In this document: positions 9,643-18,855 of the stretch, one piece after another
Layout of the letters: every line of letters begins with the position of its first letter
Position numbering within the stretch: position 1 is the stretch's first letter
NCBI GenBank assembly: GCA_021777565.1
Contig: JAJYDJ010000001.1
Location: 24,431-88,430, forward strand
Direction: 5' to 3'
From: a bacterium
Lineage (GTDB): Bacteria; Patescibacteriota; Microgenomatia; Levybacterales; UBA12049
Length of the DNA stretch: 64,000 bases
Notes under the pieces: generated by a model
Seen by the model: only the letters and a program-made list of their open reading frames with translations
Databases searched by the model: none
What the model was told of the DNA's origin: nothing
Made by a program: the position numbers and the translations under genes

Positions 9643-11103
9643 ATGAAGAAAGTGAATATTATAGAAATAGGAATCGGCCCACATGCCAAACGGGTATACG
9701 TTCCAGCGATCATAAAGTTATCCCAAACTTATAACATTGAGCTATCTTTAGCTATTGATCTTAAGGAGAAAGAAGAGGATGTAAAGTCATACTTTAGCTC
9801 AGTAAGTATTGCTCCTCAACTGCTATTCGTTGATCCATTTGATGGTGACCTTCCACAAGATCTTAAAAAGGCCCTAAATGACTTTGTAAAAGTAAATCAA
9901 ATTCAGGCTGTCATTATCTCAACAGAGCCACGCTCACATTATGTGTATGCGAAATGGGCATTAGATCAAGGTCTCAACATCTTAATGGACAAGCCTATCT
10001 CAACAAGAGAAAATGTTGTCACAGATATTGATGCAGCTCTAGGCATACGTGAGGAGTATAACGATCTTTTGAAAAAATATGTAAGTTTACAAAAAAGGAA
10101 GCAGACAGCATTTACTATAAATGCTCAACGTAGATACCATGATGGTTTTGAACTGGTCTCTAGTTTACTTAAAGAAATTGCCTCTAAAACGAATTGTCCT
10201 GTTACTTCAATACAGTCCATGCACTGTGATGGGCAATGGAGATTACCTTCAGAAATTGTCACTCAAAAATACCATCCCTATGGAGAAGGATATGGCAAGG
10301 CTTCCCATAGTGGGTATCATATCTTTGATATTGCTTATACCTTCTATAAGTCCTCGTTAATCACTGGTAAGTTGGCTGACTCAGCAGAAGTCTATTCGTC
10401 CTTTATTCAACCAAATGGCTTTTTGTTTCAATTGAGCGAAGCCGATTATGCACGATATTTTGGAGAAGAATATAAGAAAGTAAAACTGTACTCTGATAAA
10501 CAATTAAAGAAAAAATACCAAGGATTTGGCGAGATGGATGCGTTTTCCAATATAAGATTTCTAAAACAAGGTGAAAATGTCTGTAATATTTCAATCAACC
10601 TTCTTCACAATGGATTTGCTAGAAGGACATGGATAAAGCCAGGTAGCGATTTATATAAAGGAAACGGTAGAGTGAAGCATGAATATCATAATATTCAGCA
10701 AGGACCATTCCAAAATATTCAAATTCACTCCTATCAATCAAACGACAAACATGAGACAAGCACAGAACAAGACTACGAAATCGGGGGCAATAATCACTTT
10801 GATATTTATGTATTTAGAAATTTTGAAATGACAGGAGATGATAAACCATTAAAGATAATAAGGATGAGTGATTTATCAAAGAAGAATAATTATGATAAAA
10901 GTAAACTTGTGGTTGAGTTAACTAAAGAATCTGTAGTAAAAGAGTTTTTTGATTTTATTTACGGGAAGATTGGAAAGGACAAGTTAAGATCAAACATAGA
11001 CGATCATGAAATCCCTGTTAACATAATGAGTTCTGTATACAGCTCGCATGTTAACCAACAAGCAAAGAAAGACCCTGTCGCAAGATTTAAACTAAATATA
11101 TGA
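9643..11103 (+). CDS. Gfo/Idh/MocA-family NAD(P)-dependent oxidoreductase (486 aa, extended C-terminus)
   Basis: The N-terminal Rossmann domain KVNIIEIGIGPHAKRVYVPAI...AVIISTEPRSHYVYAKWALDQGLNILMDKP is typical of the family. Confidence 0.6.
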   Translation: MKKVNIIEIGIGPHAKRVYVPAIIKLSQTYNIELSLAIDLKEKEEDVKSYFSSVSIAPQLLFVDPFDGDLPQDLKKALNDFVKVNQIQAVIISTEPRSHYVYAKWALDQGLNILMDKPISTRENVVTDIDAALGIREEYNDLLKKYVSLQKRKQTAFTINAQRRYHDGFELVSSLLKEIASKTNCPVTSIQSMHCDGQWRLPSEIVTQKYHPYGEGYGKASHSGYHIFDIAYTFYKSSLITGKLADSAEVYSSFIQPNGFLFQLSEADYARYFGEEYKKVKLYSDKQLKKKYQGFGEMDAFSNIRFLKQGENVCNISINLLHNGFARRTWIKPGSDLYKGNGRVKHEYHNIQQGPFQNIQIHSYQSNDKHETSTEQDYEIGGNNHFDIYVFRNFEMTGDDKPLKIIRMSDLSKKNNYDKSKLVVELTKESVVKEFFDFIYGKIGKDKLRSNIDDHEIPVNIMSSVYSSHVNQQAKKDPVARFKLNI

Positions 11104-12458
11104 AAAGTGAACAGAACACACTTCAAGCACTGATTGATGGCCTTCACGATGGGGGTGTACAAATTGTCACAAATTTCCCTGGGTTTAAGTCTCACGAGCT
11201 ATTTAGTGGGCTAGGAGGAAAGACTACATCTATCAATGAAAAGGCTGCTTATGAAATAGCATGGGGAGCAAGTCTTGCAGGCAAAAGATCTGTTGTTACG
11301 TTTAAAAATGTAGGATTAGACGATGCAGCAGATCCATTCCTAAATTCAATGTTATTGAAAATAAACGCTGGACTGGTTGTTGTAGTATTTGATGATGTTG
11401 AGGTAACAGGCTCACAATCTCGCCAAGACTCAAGACACTACTTTGATTTCTTTGGAGGATTATGGTTTGAGCCATACTCAACAGAGTCTGCTTATGAAAT
11501 TGCACTTAATAGCTTTAACTACTCAGAAAAGCTACAAGTACCAGTTGTTATCCGACTTACAAATGAGGTTTTGTCAAAAAGTGGCTCTTATAAGAGATCT
11601 AAAATAAGGACTGCAACCAAGTCATTAAAGCATGATAAGATACGATTTGTTGTTCATCCAGTAAATGCAAAGTTACAGAATAAGGAATTAGAAAACAAGA
11701 ACCTAGAAATAAGAAAATTTGTCGAGAATTTATACAGCAAAGCTACTGCCTCAGGAGTAATTGCGTTTGGTGATTGTGAGAGAGAGATAAACGCACTTCC
11801 AATTTCTAGAGAAAATGTTTTTCAAGTATATACCTTGCCTACTCCCAATAATACTCTTAAAAAGAACTTTGCTAAATCGAAAGAAATTAAAGTATTTGAA
11901 CAAGGTACGTCATACGGAGCAGAGAAAGTGAGTGCTATCTTTTCTTCAAAAGAAGTTGTTAGTAACAGTGGCGACTTTGTCGATCACTCAAAAGGACATA
12001 TTATTACGAAAAACTATGAAACAATGTTTCAAGCATTAAAAAATACCAAGCCACAGCTCGTTGTAGGAGATTTAGGAGAATACACTATGGACAATCTTCA
12101 TTCTATTGATGCTTGTCTTTGTTTTGGATCAGCTATTAGCGTAAGTATTGGTGCTAGTCTCGCGGGGGTCAAAGATATATTCTGTATTATTGGTGATGCG
12201 GCATTTTTGCATTCAGGTAAAAACGTAATAGCAGAAGCGCTTGAGCGTAACTTAAAGCTAAATATTATCGTTATTTGTAATGGGGGCTCGCAAGGCACAG
12301 GAGGACAAAAGATACCTGGGGATCTAAAAACACAAAATAAGAGTATAATATCTTTCACTGAGATCTATGATGATTTAAATGTTAAAAAGTTTGGGGTGTT
12401 ATTTGAGCAAATGAAAAAAAGTAAACAGATGGCTATTTTGTATCTGGTAAAGAAATAA
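11100..12458 (+). CDS. Thiamine-pyrophosphate-dependent enzyme (sulfopyruvate/phosphonopyruvate decarboxylase-like or IorA-like, Pyr then PP domain order)
   Basis: N-terminal pyrimidine-binding domain. C-terminal TPP motif GDLGEYTMDNL...GDAAFLHSG...NLKLNIIVICNGG (GDG...N). Start overlaps the upstream oxidoreductase stop (ATGA). Confidence 0.55.
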   Translation: MKSEQNTLQALIDGLHDGGVQIVTNFPGFKSHELFSGLGGKTTSINEKAAYEIAWGASLAGKRSVVTFKNVGLDDAADPFLNSMLLKINAGLVVVVFDDVEVTGSQSRQDSRHYFDFFGGLWFEPYSTESAYEIALNSFNYSEKLQVPVVIRLTNEVLSKSGSYKRSKIRTATKSLKHDKIRFVVHPVNAKLQNKELENKNLEIRKFVENLYSKATASGVIAFGDCEREINALPISRENVFQVYTLPTPNNTLKKNFAKSKEIKVFEQGTSYGAEKVSAIFSSKEVVSNSGDFVDHSKGHIITKNYETMFQALKNTKPQLVVGDLGEYTMDNLHSIDACLCFGSAISVSIGASLAGVKDIFCIIGDAAFLHSGKNVIAEALERNLKLNIIVICNGGSQGTGGQKIPGDLKTQNKSIISFTEIYDDLNVKKFGVLFEQMKKSKQMAILYLVKK

Positions 12459-12459
12459 T

Positions 12460-13080
12460 ATGGAACAAGTAAGATATATACATTTTGAAGGAATGGATCT
12501 CGCAGGGAAAACTACTGCAACACAGGGCTTCATAGCTGCTGATGGAGGAACGTGGGAAATAAGAAGAAACAGCATAGCTACTGATAATCCAATATATCTT
12601 CTTGCAGATTCGTTGAGAAGAGCTGATGCTTATGATGCTGAAACGCTAGGTAATTTGTTTGTGGCTGCGCTAATGGCTGACATACGTAGTTTTGTACCAC
12701 CTACAGCTGATACGATACAAGACTCAACGATTCTTTTGCGATCACTTGCTTATCATTCAGTAAGAGGAACACCTCGAATCCCTCAAGTGCTTCAGGATAT
12801 GGTTCCTGAGCATCCACAATTCACGGCTTCGTTTCTATTTACAGCAAGTATTGATAGAAGGCGTGAAAGATTACAGCAAAGGATGCAAAGAGCACCAGAA
12901 GAAGTAGCGCCTGAAGATTTAATGGTCTTAGATGCACCAGAAAAGTTTTTGGCAATGGAAGCGCGATTGATAGACTTGTCTACAGGGATATTTCATTCAG
13001 TGGTTATAGATACAACATCGTTAACGCCAGAAATGGTTGTTGAGAGTATCCAGACAAATATGCCGTCTAGACGTGAATAG
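12460..13080 (+). CDS. Thymidylate-kinase-like P-loop nucleotide kinase
   Basis: IHFEGMDLAGKTT is the Tmk-type P-loop (FEG.DG.GKTT). An Arg-rich lid IDRRRERLQQR is present. 206 aa. Confidence 0.55.
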   Translation: MEQVRYIHFEGMDLAGKTTATQGFIAADGGTWEIRRNSIATDNPIYLLADSLRRADAYDAETLGNLFVAALMADIRSFVPPTADTIQDSTILLRSLAYHSVRGTPRIPQVLQDMVPEHPQFTASFLFTASIDRRRERLQQRMQRAPEEVAPEDLMVLDAPEKFLAMEARLIDLSTGIFHSVVIDTTSLTPEMVVESIQTNMPSRRE

Positions 13081-13102
13081 AAAATAACTATTGACCACCT
13101 TT

Positions 13103-13717
13103 TTAACTCTCAGTAACAAGATCATTAACCTTTTCAATGACAACGTCTTCATAGACTGGTTCCTTTGTCTCTAGATCTCTAAAACTGTGATCAGCACCAT
13201 CAATGTTAATGTATGTGATTTTTTTGGTAGCCAAACCTTCAAGATCGCTTTTAACTTTTTCTATGTTGCCAAACTTGTCGTTACTGCCTTGAATGACTAC
13301 AATATTTCCAGTAAATTCCTTTAGATCTACACTTCCGAGCACGTATCCTAAGATGATTACAGAATACTTTTTCTGTTCATGTATGGGTAGTTTTTTTGAA
13401 AAATAACTCGCAACAATACCACCGAGTGACTTACCTATTAGTCGAATGTGGCGATATTCTTTAATTGAAGCGTATTCAATAACTCTCTTGAGAACCTCTA
13501 ACTCTTCTTGAAGCTCTGGCCCAGAGGATTGCTCCTCGCCTCGGTCTAAATATGGGAAGTTAAATGCAATAACGCTATGCGCATTATCTTGTGAAGCTTT
13601 GAATAGTTTTTGTATAAAAGATGACTCAATCCCTTTTGACCCGCCGTGTAGGAGCACATCAAGAGTATCAGAATCTGTATTGTATGAAAAATAAAAGTTT
13701 ATACCTTGCATCAGCAA
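13103..13717 (-). CDS. Alpha/beta-fold hydrolase
   Basis: Nucleophile elbow GKSLGG (GxSxG). 204 aa. An HGG motif lies near the N-terminus. Confidence 0.6.
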   Translation of the reverse strand: MLMQGINFYFSYNTDSDTLDVLLHGGSKGIESSFIQKLFKASQDNAHSVIAFNFPYLDRGEEQSSGPELQEELEVLKRVIEYASIKEYRHIRLIGKSLGGIVASYFSKKLPIHEQKKYSVIILGYVLGSVDLKEFTGNIVVIQGSNDKFGNIEKVKSDLEGLATKKITYINIDGADHSFRDLETKEPVYEDVVIEKVNDLVTES

Positions 13718-13941
13718 TATAATATCTAAGTTTGTCTATTTGTGCAATCTCCAATACGAATTGTTATCATCCAATGATGGTTATTGTATGCTATTTATAG
13801 AGAATGGCAAGTTAAAGGTATCATAGAGAGTTTTTATGTTTCCTAGAGGAACATCAAGCTGTATCTCTTTTTTCCTGAACATGTCTACCAAGGGGAGCAA
13901 AGTAAAACTTACACGAACTAATTACTTAAGGTACAGTTACA

Positions 13942-14358
13942 ATGGATTGGACTATTCTCAAAGGCTTTTTGTCTGGACTCCCCGTTGGAGGACTGATTGT
14001 CTATTTCTCACATGGTTGGATAGATGACTACTTTAGAAAAAACACCGAGGTCCGCACTGATAAAAGAAAATTGGCAAAAGAAATCCTTTCTACTATAGCT
14101 GAAGCTGAGTCAAGCAATTATCAAAAAACTGCAAGGAATAGAGAGCAGATAAAAAATCTTGCTATTCAAGCAGGACCATATAACTCTAAAATAGACGATT
14201 TAGTCCGACGCTATGAATTTACATGGTGGCTTGCTTCTGAAATCTTCTCAAGAATACCTGAATTACAAGAGAATCTATTTTTCTATAGGGAGTTGGAAGA
14301 ACGTGCAAGAGATCAGTCTCTTCAAGTAAAAAACATCGTGAATAAGTGGTTAAAGTAA
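13942..14358 (+). CDS. Hypothetical protein with an N-terminal transmembrane helix
   Basis: 138-aa ORF with a hydrophobic N-terminus. No motif recognised. Confidence 0.35.
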   Translation: MDWTILKGFLSGLPVGGLIVYFSHGWIDDYFRKNTEVRTDKRKLAKEILSTIAEAESSNYQKTARNREQIKNLAIQAGPYNSKIDDLVRRYEFTWWLASEIFSRIPELQENLFFYRELEERARDQSLQVKNIVNKWLK

Positions 14359-14431
14359 TTTTCTGAGTAAAATTTTCTCAATGATTTCTCTTTACGTGTA
14401 CTACCCCGCTTTTGGGCAGGACTTGTAAAAT

Positions 14432-15427
14432 TTAGAAGTATTTTTCGTTCAAGCCTCTGAATTCTCTTATGCTCTGACCGTACTTTTCTCTGACCTGAGT
14501 CTCTAGACTCTTGTACGCGTTGTCAATTTCCAGAAGAGTACTTGCATCTAGTTTCACATCGTTCGCTTTAAGATTTATTTCCGTGTAAGCAGGATTTGTA
14601 TTACCAACAATGACAAAACCCATGTACTTCTGGTGCAAAGCCCATGCGATTGACAATTGTCCTAACGTAATGCCAAGTCGTTTGGCTATTGGTGAGAGTG
14701 ATAATTTTACCCAATCAGCGATGACATCTACTTTCTCTGGTAACCAGTCACTTCTCCCAGTTCGCAAATCACCTTCGCGCAGATTTTCGATACCCTCGAA
14801 GACCTTTCCTGTTAATTGACCACGATCAATAACTTGATAGGGGACAAGTTTAATTGCATGTTCCATCATGTATTCTTCAAGTTCTGGCTCGATACTCCGA
14901 TTCAAAAGACTAAAACGATTTTGTATGAAACTGATCTTGCCCGATTGATTGTATTCTTTCAGCTCGAAAAGATTTACATTTGATGTGCCAATTTCTCTTA
15001 TCTTTCCCTCTGTCTGAAGCTTTATCAAAGCCCGCATTGTCTCCTCAATTGGCGTCTGGGGGTCTGGACTGTGCATGAAATAGAGGTCAATATAATCAAT
15101 ATTGAGTCTTTTGAGTGAGCGTTCGCACTCGCGAATGACATCATCATATTTGCCACTTTTCTGAATAGTTTGGAATGACTTGCCCTCAACATCGATATAT
15201 CCACACTTAGTCGCGATATAGTAACTCTCTCGGGGATAAGTATGGAGTGCTTCACCAATCAAAGTTTCTACTTCTCCAAAACCGTACATTGGCGCGGTAT
15301 CGATGTAGTAGCCACCTTTATCAATAAACTGCCTGACAATATCCTTGGCCCCGTCTTTAGAAATATGAGAAAAGACATCTGCAAGGGGGAATGTGCCAAG
15401 TCCTACACGATTTTTATTCATGTCCAT
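14432..15427 (-). CDS. Aldo/keto reductase family oxidoreductase
   Basis: RVGLGTF.L......KDIVRQFIDKGGYYIDTAPMYGFGEVETLIGEAL is the canonical AKR N-terminus. 331 aa. Confidence 0.8.
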   Translation of the reverse strand: MDMNKNRVGLGTFPLADVFSHISKDGAKDIVRQFIDKGGYYIDTAPMYGFGEVETLIGEALHTYPRESYYIATKCGYIDVEGKSFQTIQKSGKYDDVIRECERSLKRLNIDYIDLYFMHSPDPQTPIEETMRALIKLQTEGKIREIGTSNVNLFELKEYNQSGKISFIQNRFSLLNRSIEPELEEYMMEHAIKLVPYQVIDRGQLTGKVFEGIENLREGDLRTGRSDWLPEKVDVIADWVKLSLSPIAKRLGITLGQLSIAWALHQKYMGFVIVGNTNPAYTEINLKANDVKLDASTLLEIDNAYKSLETQVREKYGQSIREFRGLNEKYF

Positions 15428-15495
15428 GGACTTATTCTATCAAAAAATCATGGAATATGTATCGCATTAAGTGGTACACTCAAGAGGAGCAGAAT

Positions 15496-16020
15496 ATGGA
15501 CTGGACAACATCAATATTAGTACGTGACAATATAAAGCTTCGGTTGCTTGTTCCCGATGATGCTGGGAGAATCTTTGAAATCCTCGAAAAAGATCCGGCG
15601 ATCCGTGAGAAGTTTGTAACTTGGACTGCAGGACTAACCACTGAAGATGCTGTTCGCAGTGCAATTGAAAAATTTCAACAAAACAGCAGTCTTCGGTTTG
15701 GGATTATCGATGGTGACAGACTTATTGGCTACGTAGGCACCTGGTCAAACACTCCTGATGGCAAAGAGTATGATGCAGGGTATTTTATTGACCGAGATAA
15801 GCGTGGTAAGGGGATAGTAACATCAGCAATGAAGGCACTAATTGAGGTTGCAAGTAAAAATTTACCCATCGAGTTATTTGCAATGTATATATGGGATGAA
15901 AATGAGCCAAGTAAGGCAGTTGCTCAAAAGCTCGGTTTCACACGTACAGATGTAATTGAGCCAGAACCAGCGCTCGGTGGAGTGCCAGAACGCCGCTGGG
16001 AACTATCTGTAAAGAAATAG
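15496..16020 (+). CDS. GNAT-family N-acetyltransferase
   Basis: The acetyl-CoA binding region RDKRGKGIVTSAMKALIEVA fits Q/RxxGxG/A. Start is taken at MDWTTS to avoid overlapping the divergent AKR gene. Confidence 0.65.
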   Translation: MDWTTSILVRDNIKLRLLVPDDAGRIFEILEKDPAIREKFVTWTAGLTTEDAVRSAIEKFQQNSSLRFGIIDGDRLIGYVGTWSNTPDGKEYDAGYFIDRDKRGKGIVTSAMKALIEVASKNLPIELFAMYIWDENEPSKAVAQKLGFTRTDVIEPEPALGGVPERRWELSVKK

Positions 16021-16074
16021 GTATTTCATTGGATCCATAGAAGAGCACAGCTTCTCATCTGCTATACTTAGTTC

Positions 16075-16593
16075 ATGAATCAAATCATTATCCAAGGCAT
16101 TGGTTATCTTGCTCTTCTCTTTGTCATTTTATCTTTTCAAAAAAGCAAACGTGTAAATATTCTCCTGGTCATGCTTGTAGGCTTACTTTTTTTTGTGCTT
16201 CATTATAGTTTGCTTCATGCATGGACGGGGGCGTTGATGAATTTGGTCGAAGCAGGGGTTGTTTTTGTCTCTTATAAGAAAGAGACACGAGAGTGGGCAC
16301 AGAAAAAGTTCTGGCCATATGTTTTTATACTTTTATACATCCTTGCAGGAATACTTACGGCAAAATCTAGGGTAGATTTCCTTCCAATTGTGGCACAAAT
16401 TTTTGGTGCACTGGCAGTGTGGCAAACAAATCCAAGAACCATTCGCTTCCTCATGCTCATCCCACGACCGATGTGGTTTACTTACAACTTTGTCGTTGGT
16501 TCCTATGCTGGGATGACTACAGAAATACTTATATTAGCGTCTGTTCTTATTGGAATATTGCGTTTTGATATTCTGAAACAGAAAGAGAAGTAG
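16075..16593 (+). CDS. YgjV-like inner membrane protein
   Basis: 172 aa with four to five transmembrane segments. The N-terminus IIQGIGYLALLFVILSFQ is typical of the YgjV family. Confidence 0.45.
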   Translation: MNQIIIQGIGYLALLFVILSFQKSKRVNILLVMLVGLLFFVLHYSLLHAWTGALMNLVEAGVVFVSYKKETREWAQKKFWPYVFILLYILAGILTAKSRVDFLPIVAQIFGALAVWQTNPRTIRFLMLIPRPMWFTYNFVVGSYAGMTTEILILASVLIGILRFDILKQKEK

Positions 16594-16617
16594 GTGGAGT
16601 AAATCTGAAGCTGTAGT

Positions 16618-17154
16618 TCAGTTTCTTACTTTTTGCCCCTTGTTGCCCCAGGTCCTTTGAAAGAAGCCACCCTTATCTGCAATATTCGTATGAATAAGTC
16701 TCGTGCTTGGGCTGAGAATAAGTTGTTTCAGCTGTGCTCGTGTACCGACAAACACGTGATTGTGGCCTGCGACGTATTGGCCAATGGAGGGGTCGATGAT
16801 GACTTCTACACCATCGACCACAGTCCGTAGTGATCTGTGCCAGGTTGTCTGTCTGTCTTCACTAATACACATCTCCGTTGGTAGCCCTGTGTCGGACAAT
16901 GCCCTCTGAAGTTCTCCTGCGAGGATGCCACATTTACCCATAAGAGCCTCAGAAGTGACGGTAGTTCTAAAAGGGCAGGTAGACAGAGCACCTTGGAAGG
17001 CTTGTGCGTGGGGATTGTCTGCGAAGCCACTATCGAACGCAGCTTCAGCGAGTGCTCGTACCGTGGATACTGCACGTGCTTGGGGATCGAGGGATTCAGC
17101 TGACTCATTTCGGAGCATAGGGGAGAGTATACACAAAATAGCCTGCCAGTGCAA
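16618..17154 (-). CDS. Hypothetical protein, GC-rich, possible Cys/His-dependent enzyme
   Basis: ORF in a roughly 55% GC block. Contains GKCGILAGE and VAGHNHVF, a possible Cys...His catalytic pair. The start codon is uncertain (TTG at 17154 or ATG at 17118). Confidence 0.4.
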   Translation of the reverse strand: MHWQAILCILSPMLRNESAESLDPQARAVSTVRALAEAAFDSGFADNPHAQAFQGALSTCPFRTTVTSEALMGKCGILAGELQRALSDTGLPTEMCISEDRQTTWHRSLRTVVDGVEVIIDPSIGQYVAGHNHVFVGTRAQLKQLILSPSTRLIHTNIADKGGFFQRTWGNKGQKVRN

Positions 17155-17203
17155 TATTATAGGATTTAATGTCTTTAAAATTGGATTATGGTATCATACC
17201 TAC

Positions 17204-18298
17204 ATGAGAGTGGAAGATGCTGGAGTAGCCTCATTTAACGTGCCACCGGTGACAGACATGACGGGTCTTCGTGACTCATCCTTTCTATACGATCTTCGAG
17301 CAAAGATAGAGAGTGCACATGACGCAGTTGGTATTGTTACAAGAGAGATTGTCGATGACTTTGAAGCTCCATTAAGTACTCAGATTAGAGAATATACTGT
17401 CCCCAATGAAGAGTATCTACATAATCTAGCGTCCCAGGTGGCAGAAACTAGAGGAACAATTCTTGCAGCTGGAGCAGACCAAGGGCTTCGACTACTTGCA
17501 ATGTGTCCGTTAGCAGAAGGATTAGATATTATCGACATTGATCCGACTGTAACTTTAACAAGTTCCCTTCTCCTGGAGTCTGCCTTCCGAACTCGAGAGT
17601 TATTAGGACGTACTCCAAGTCCAGAAGAAATGATAGAGCTCTATTCAGATCCTGATATATTGATCTCACTACTGGCGCGTGAGCCATCAAATCCTAACCA
17701 GCACAGATTTTCACAGGCAGAATTGATTACAATTCGGGGTATGCTGGAAATGCCAAATGGACTGGAAGGATATTTAGTAAGGCAGCTAGAGGTAAACGAT
17801 TCCTTTTGGATGAAATCTCAACAGATCGATAGAATTCTTGATATTTATGGGAGGGGAGATATTAGAATTCATAGGGGTAATATCACAGGTGGGGCGGCGA
17901 TGGATTCTATTATCGCATCAAGGCAGCATATAGGCTTAGTATATCTATCTAATATTGTAAATAGAGGTTATTTGTCTTTGGAGGAGATAGACTTGTTGAG
18001 GTCGACAATGGAGCAGATGACTGGCATCGAGGGTGCAAAGTTCATTCAGGCCGTAGCTGCTGTGGAAACATCACCAGTACAGCGTTATGGTGATGAAATA
18101 ATGACTAATCAAAGTGCCTCTGAAGGCCCTAGTGACTGGCATTATCTTGTACAAGATTTCCAGAGCTTCAGGGTCTATGCAAGTAGAACTAACCCACCGC
18201 TTGTGAGTGGCACTGTTTTTATGAGAATAAGTAGAAAGCTACCTGGCACCAATGTTACTCATGTCGGTCCAGGGGTCTTCCTTCAAGAGGCTGCCTAA
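17204..18298 (+). CDS. Hypothetical protein (365 aa), GC-rich, divergent from the previous gene
   Basis: Long ORF. Start reassigned to ATG 17204 because the upstream extension overlaps the divergent gene. An AT-rich 50-nt spacer separates the two genes. Confidence 0.5.
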   Translation: MRVEDAGVASFNVPPVTDMTGLRDSSFLYDLRAKIESAHDAVGIVTREIVDDFEAPLSTQIREYTVPNEEYLHNLASQVAETRGTILAAGADQGLRLLAMCPLAEGLDIIDIDPTVTLTSSLLLESAFRTRELLGRTPSPEEMIELYSDPDILISLLAREPSNPNQHRFSQAELITIRGMLEMPNGLEGYLVRQLEVNDSFWMKSQQIDRILDIYGRGDIRIHRGNITGGAAMDSIIASRQHIGLVYLSNIVNRGYLSLEEIDLLRSTMEQMTGIEGAKFIQAVAAVETSPVQRYGDEIMTNQSASEGPSDWHYLVQDFQSFRVYASRTNPPLVSGTVFMRISRKLPGTNVTHVGPGVFLQEAA

Positions 18299-18380
18299 GT
18301 GACATAAGATTTTGTGTATAGCGCTCGCTTATTATACTCATTTGCATCTCACTTTTGGGTCTGTTACGCTGGAGACAGAT

Positions 18381-18821
18381 ATGCAAGAGAATGACGTAGA
18401 GAAGGCACGAACACAGGTGCACCAGCTTATTTTGAGTAAAAATGCTCAGAAAAAGGTGCATGGAAGTAGCCTGGTGGGGAGATTTAACACCTTTTTAGCT
18501 GTGTATATTACAAAAGTAGTCGGGTCGATGTGGTGTGCCTATATCTTTGCAGGACTAGCACTTGTGTCATTGCCTGCCGTGATCCATTCTCATGATCCGC
18601 TGGTCATCGTAGCCTGGATTGCCCAGACCTTCTTGCAGCTCGTTCTTCTCCCTATCATCATCGTGGGGCAGAATGTGCAGGCTGAGGCCAGTGATGAACG
18701 AGCAGAGCATGATCATGATACCCTCATGGCAATTCACACACTAAGTGCTGAGATATATAAGATTAATCAACAACAGGAGAAAATCCTCACTATGCTTGAG
18801 GCTAAAAAAGCTCAAAAGTAA
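18381..18821 (+). CDS. DUF1003-family membrane protein
   Basis: Hydrophobic core SMWCAYIFAGLALVSLP...WIAQTFLQLVLLPIIIVGQNVQ followed by a coiled C-terminus is typical of DUF1003. Confidence 0.5.
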   Translation: MQENDVEKARTQVHQLILSKNAQKKVHGSSLVGRFNTFLAVYITKVVGSMWCAYIFAGLALVSLPAVIHSHDPLVIVAWIAQTFLQLVLLPIIIVGQNVQAEASDERAEHDHDTLMAIHTLSAEIYKINQQQEKILTMLEAKKAQK

Positions 18822-18855
18822 TAAAAGACAATCGGCGCGGGTGTATAATACGACT

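Noticed and set aside
16925-17203. N-terminal 93 codons of the ORF annotated 16925..18298
   Set aside because: The extension overlaps the divergent gene at 16618-17154 by 230 nt. An internal ATG at 17204 is preceded by an AT-rich spacer, so the gene was trimmed to 17204.
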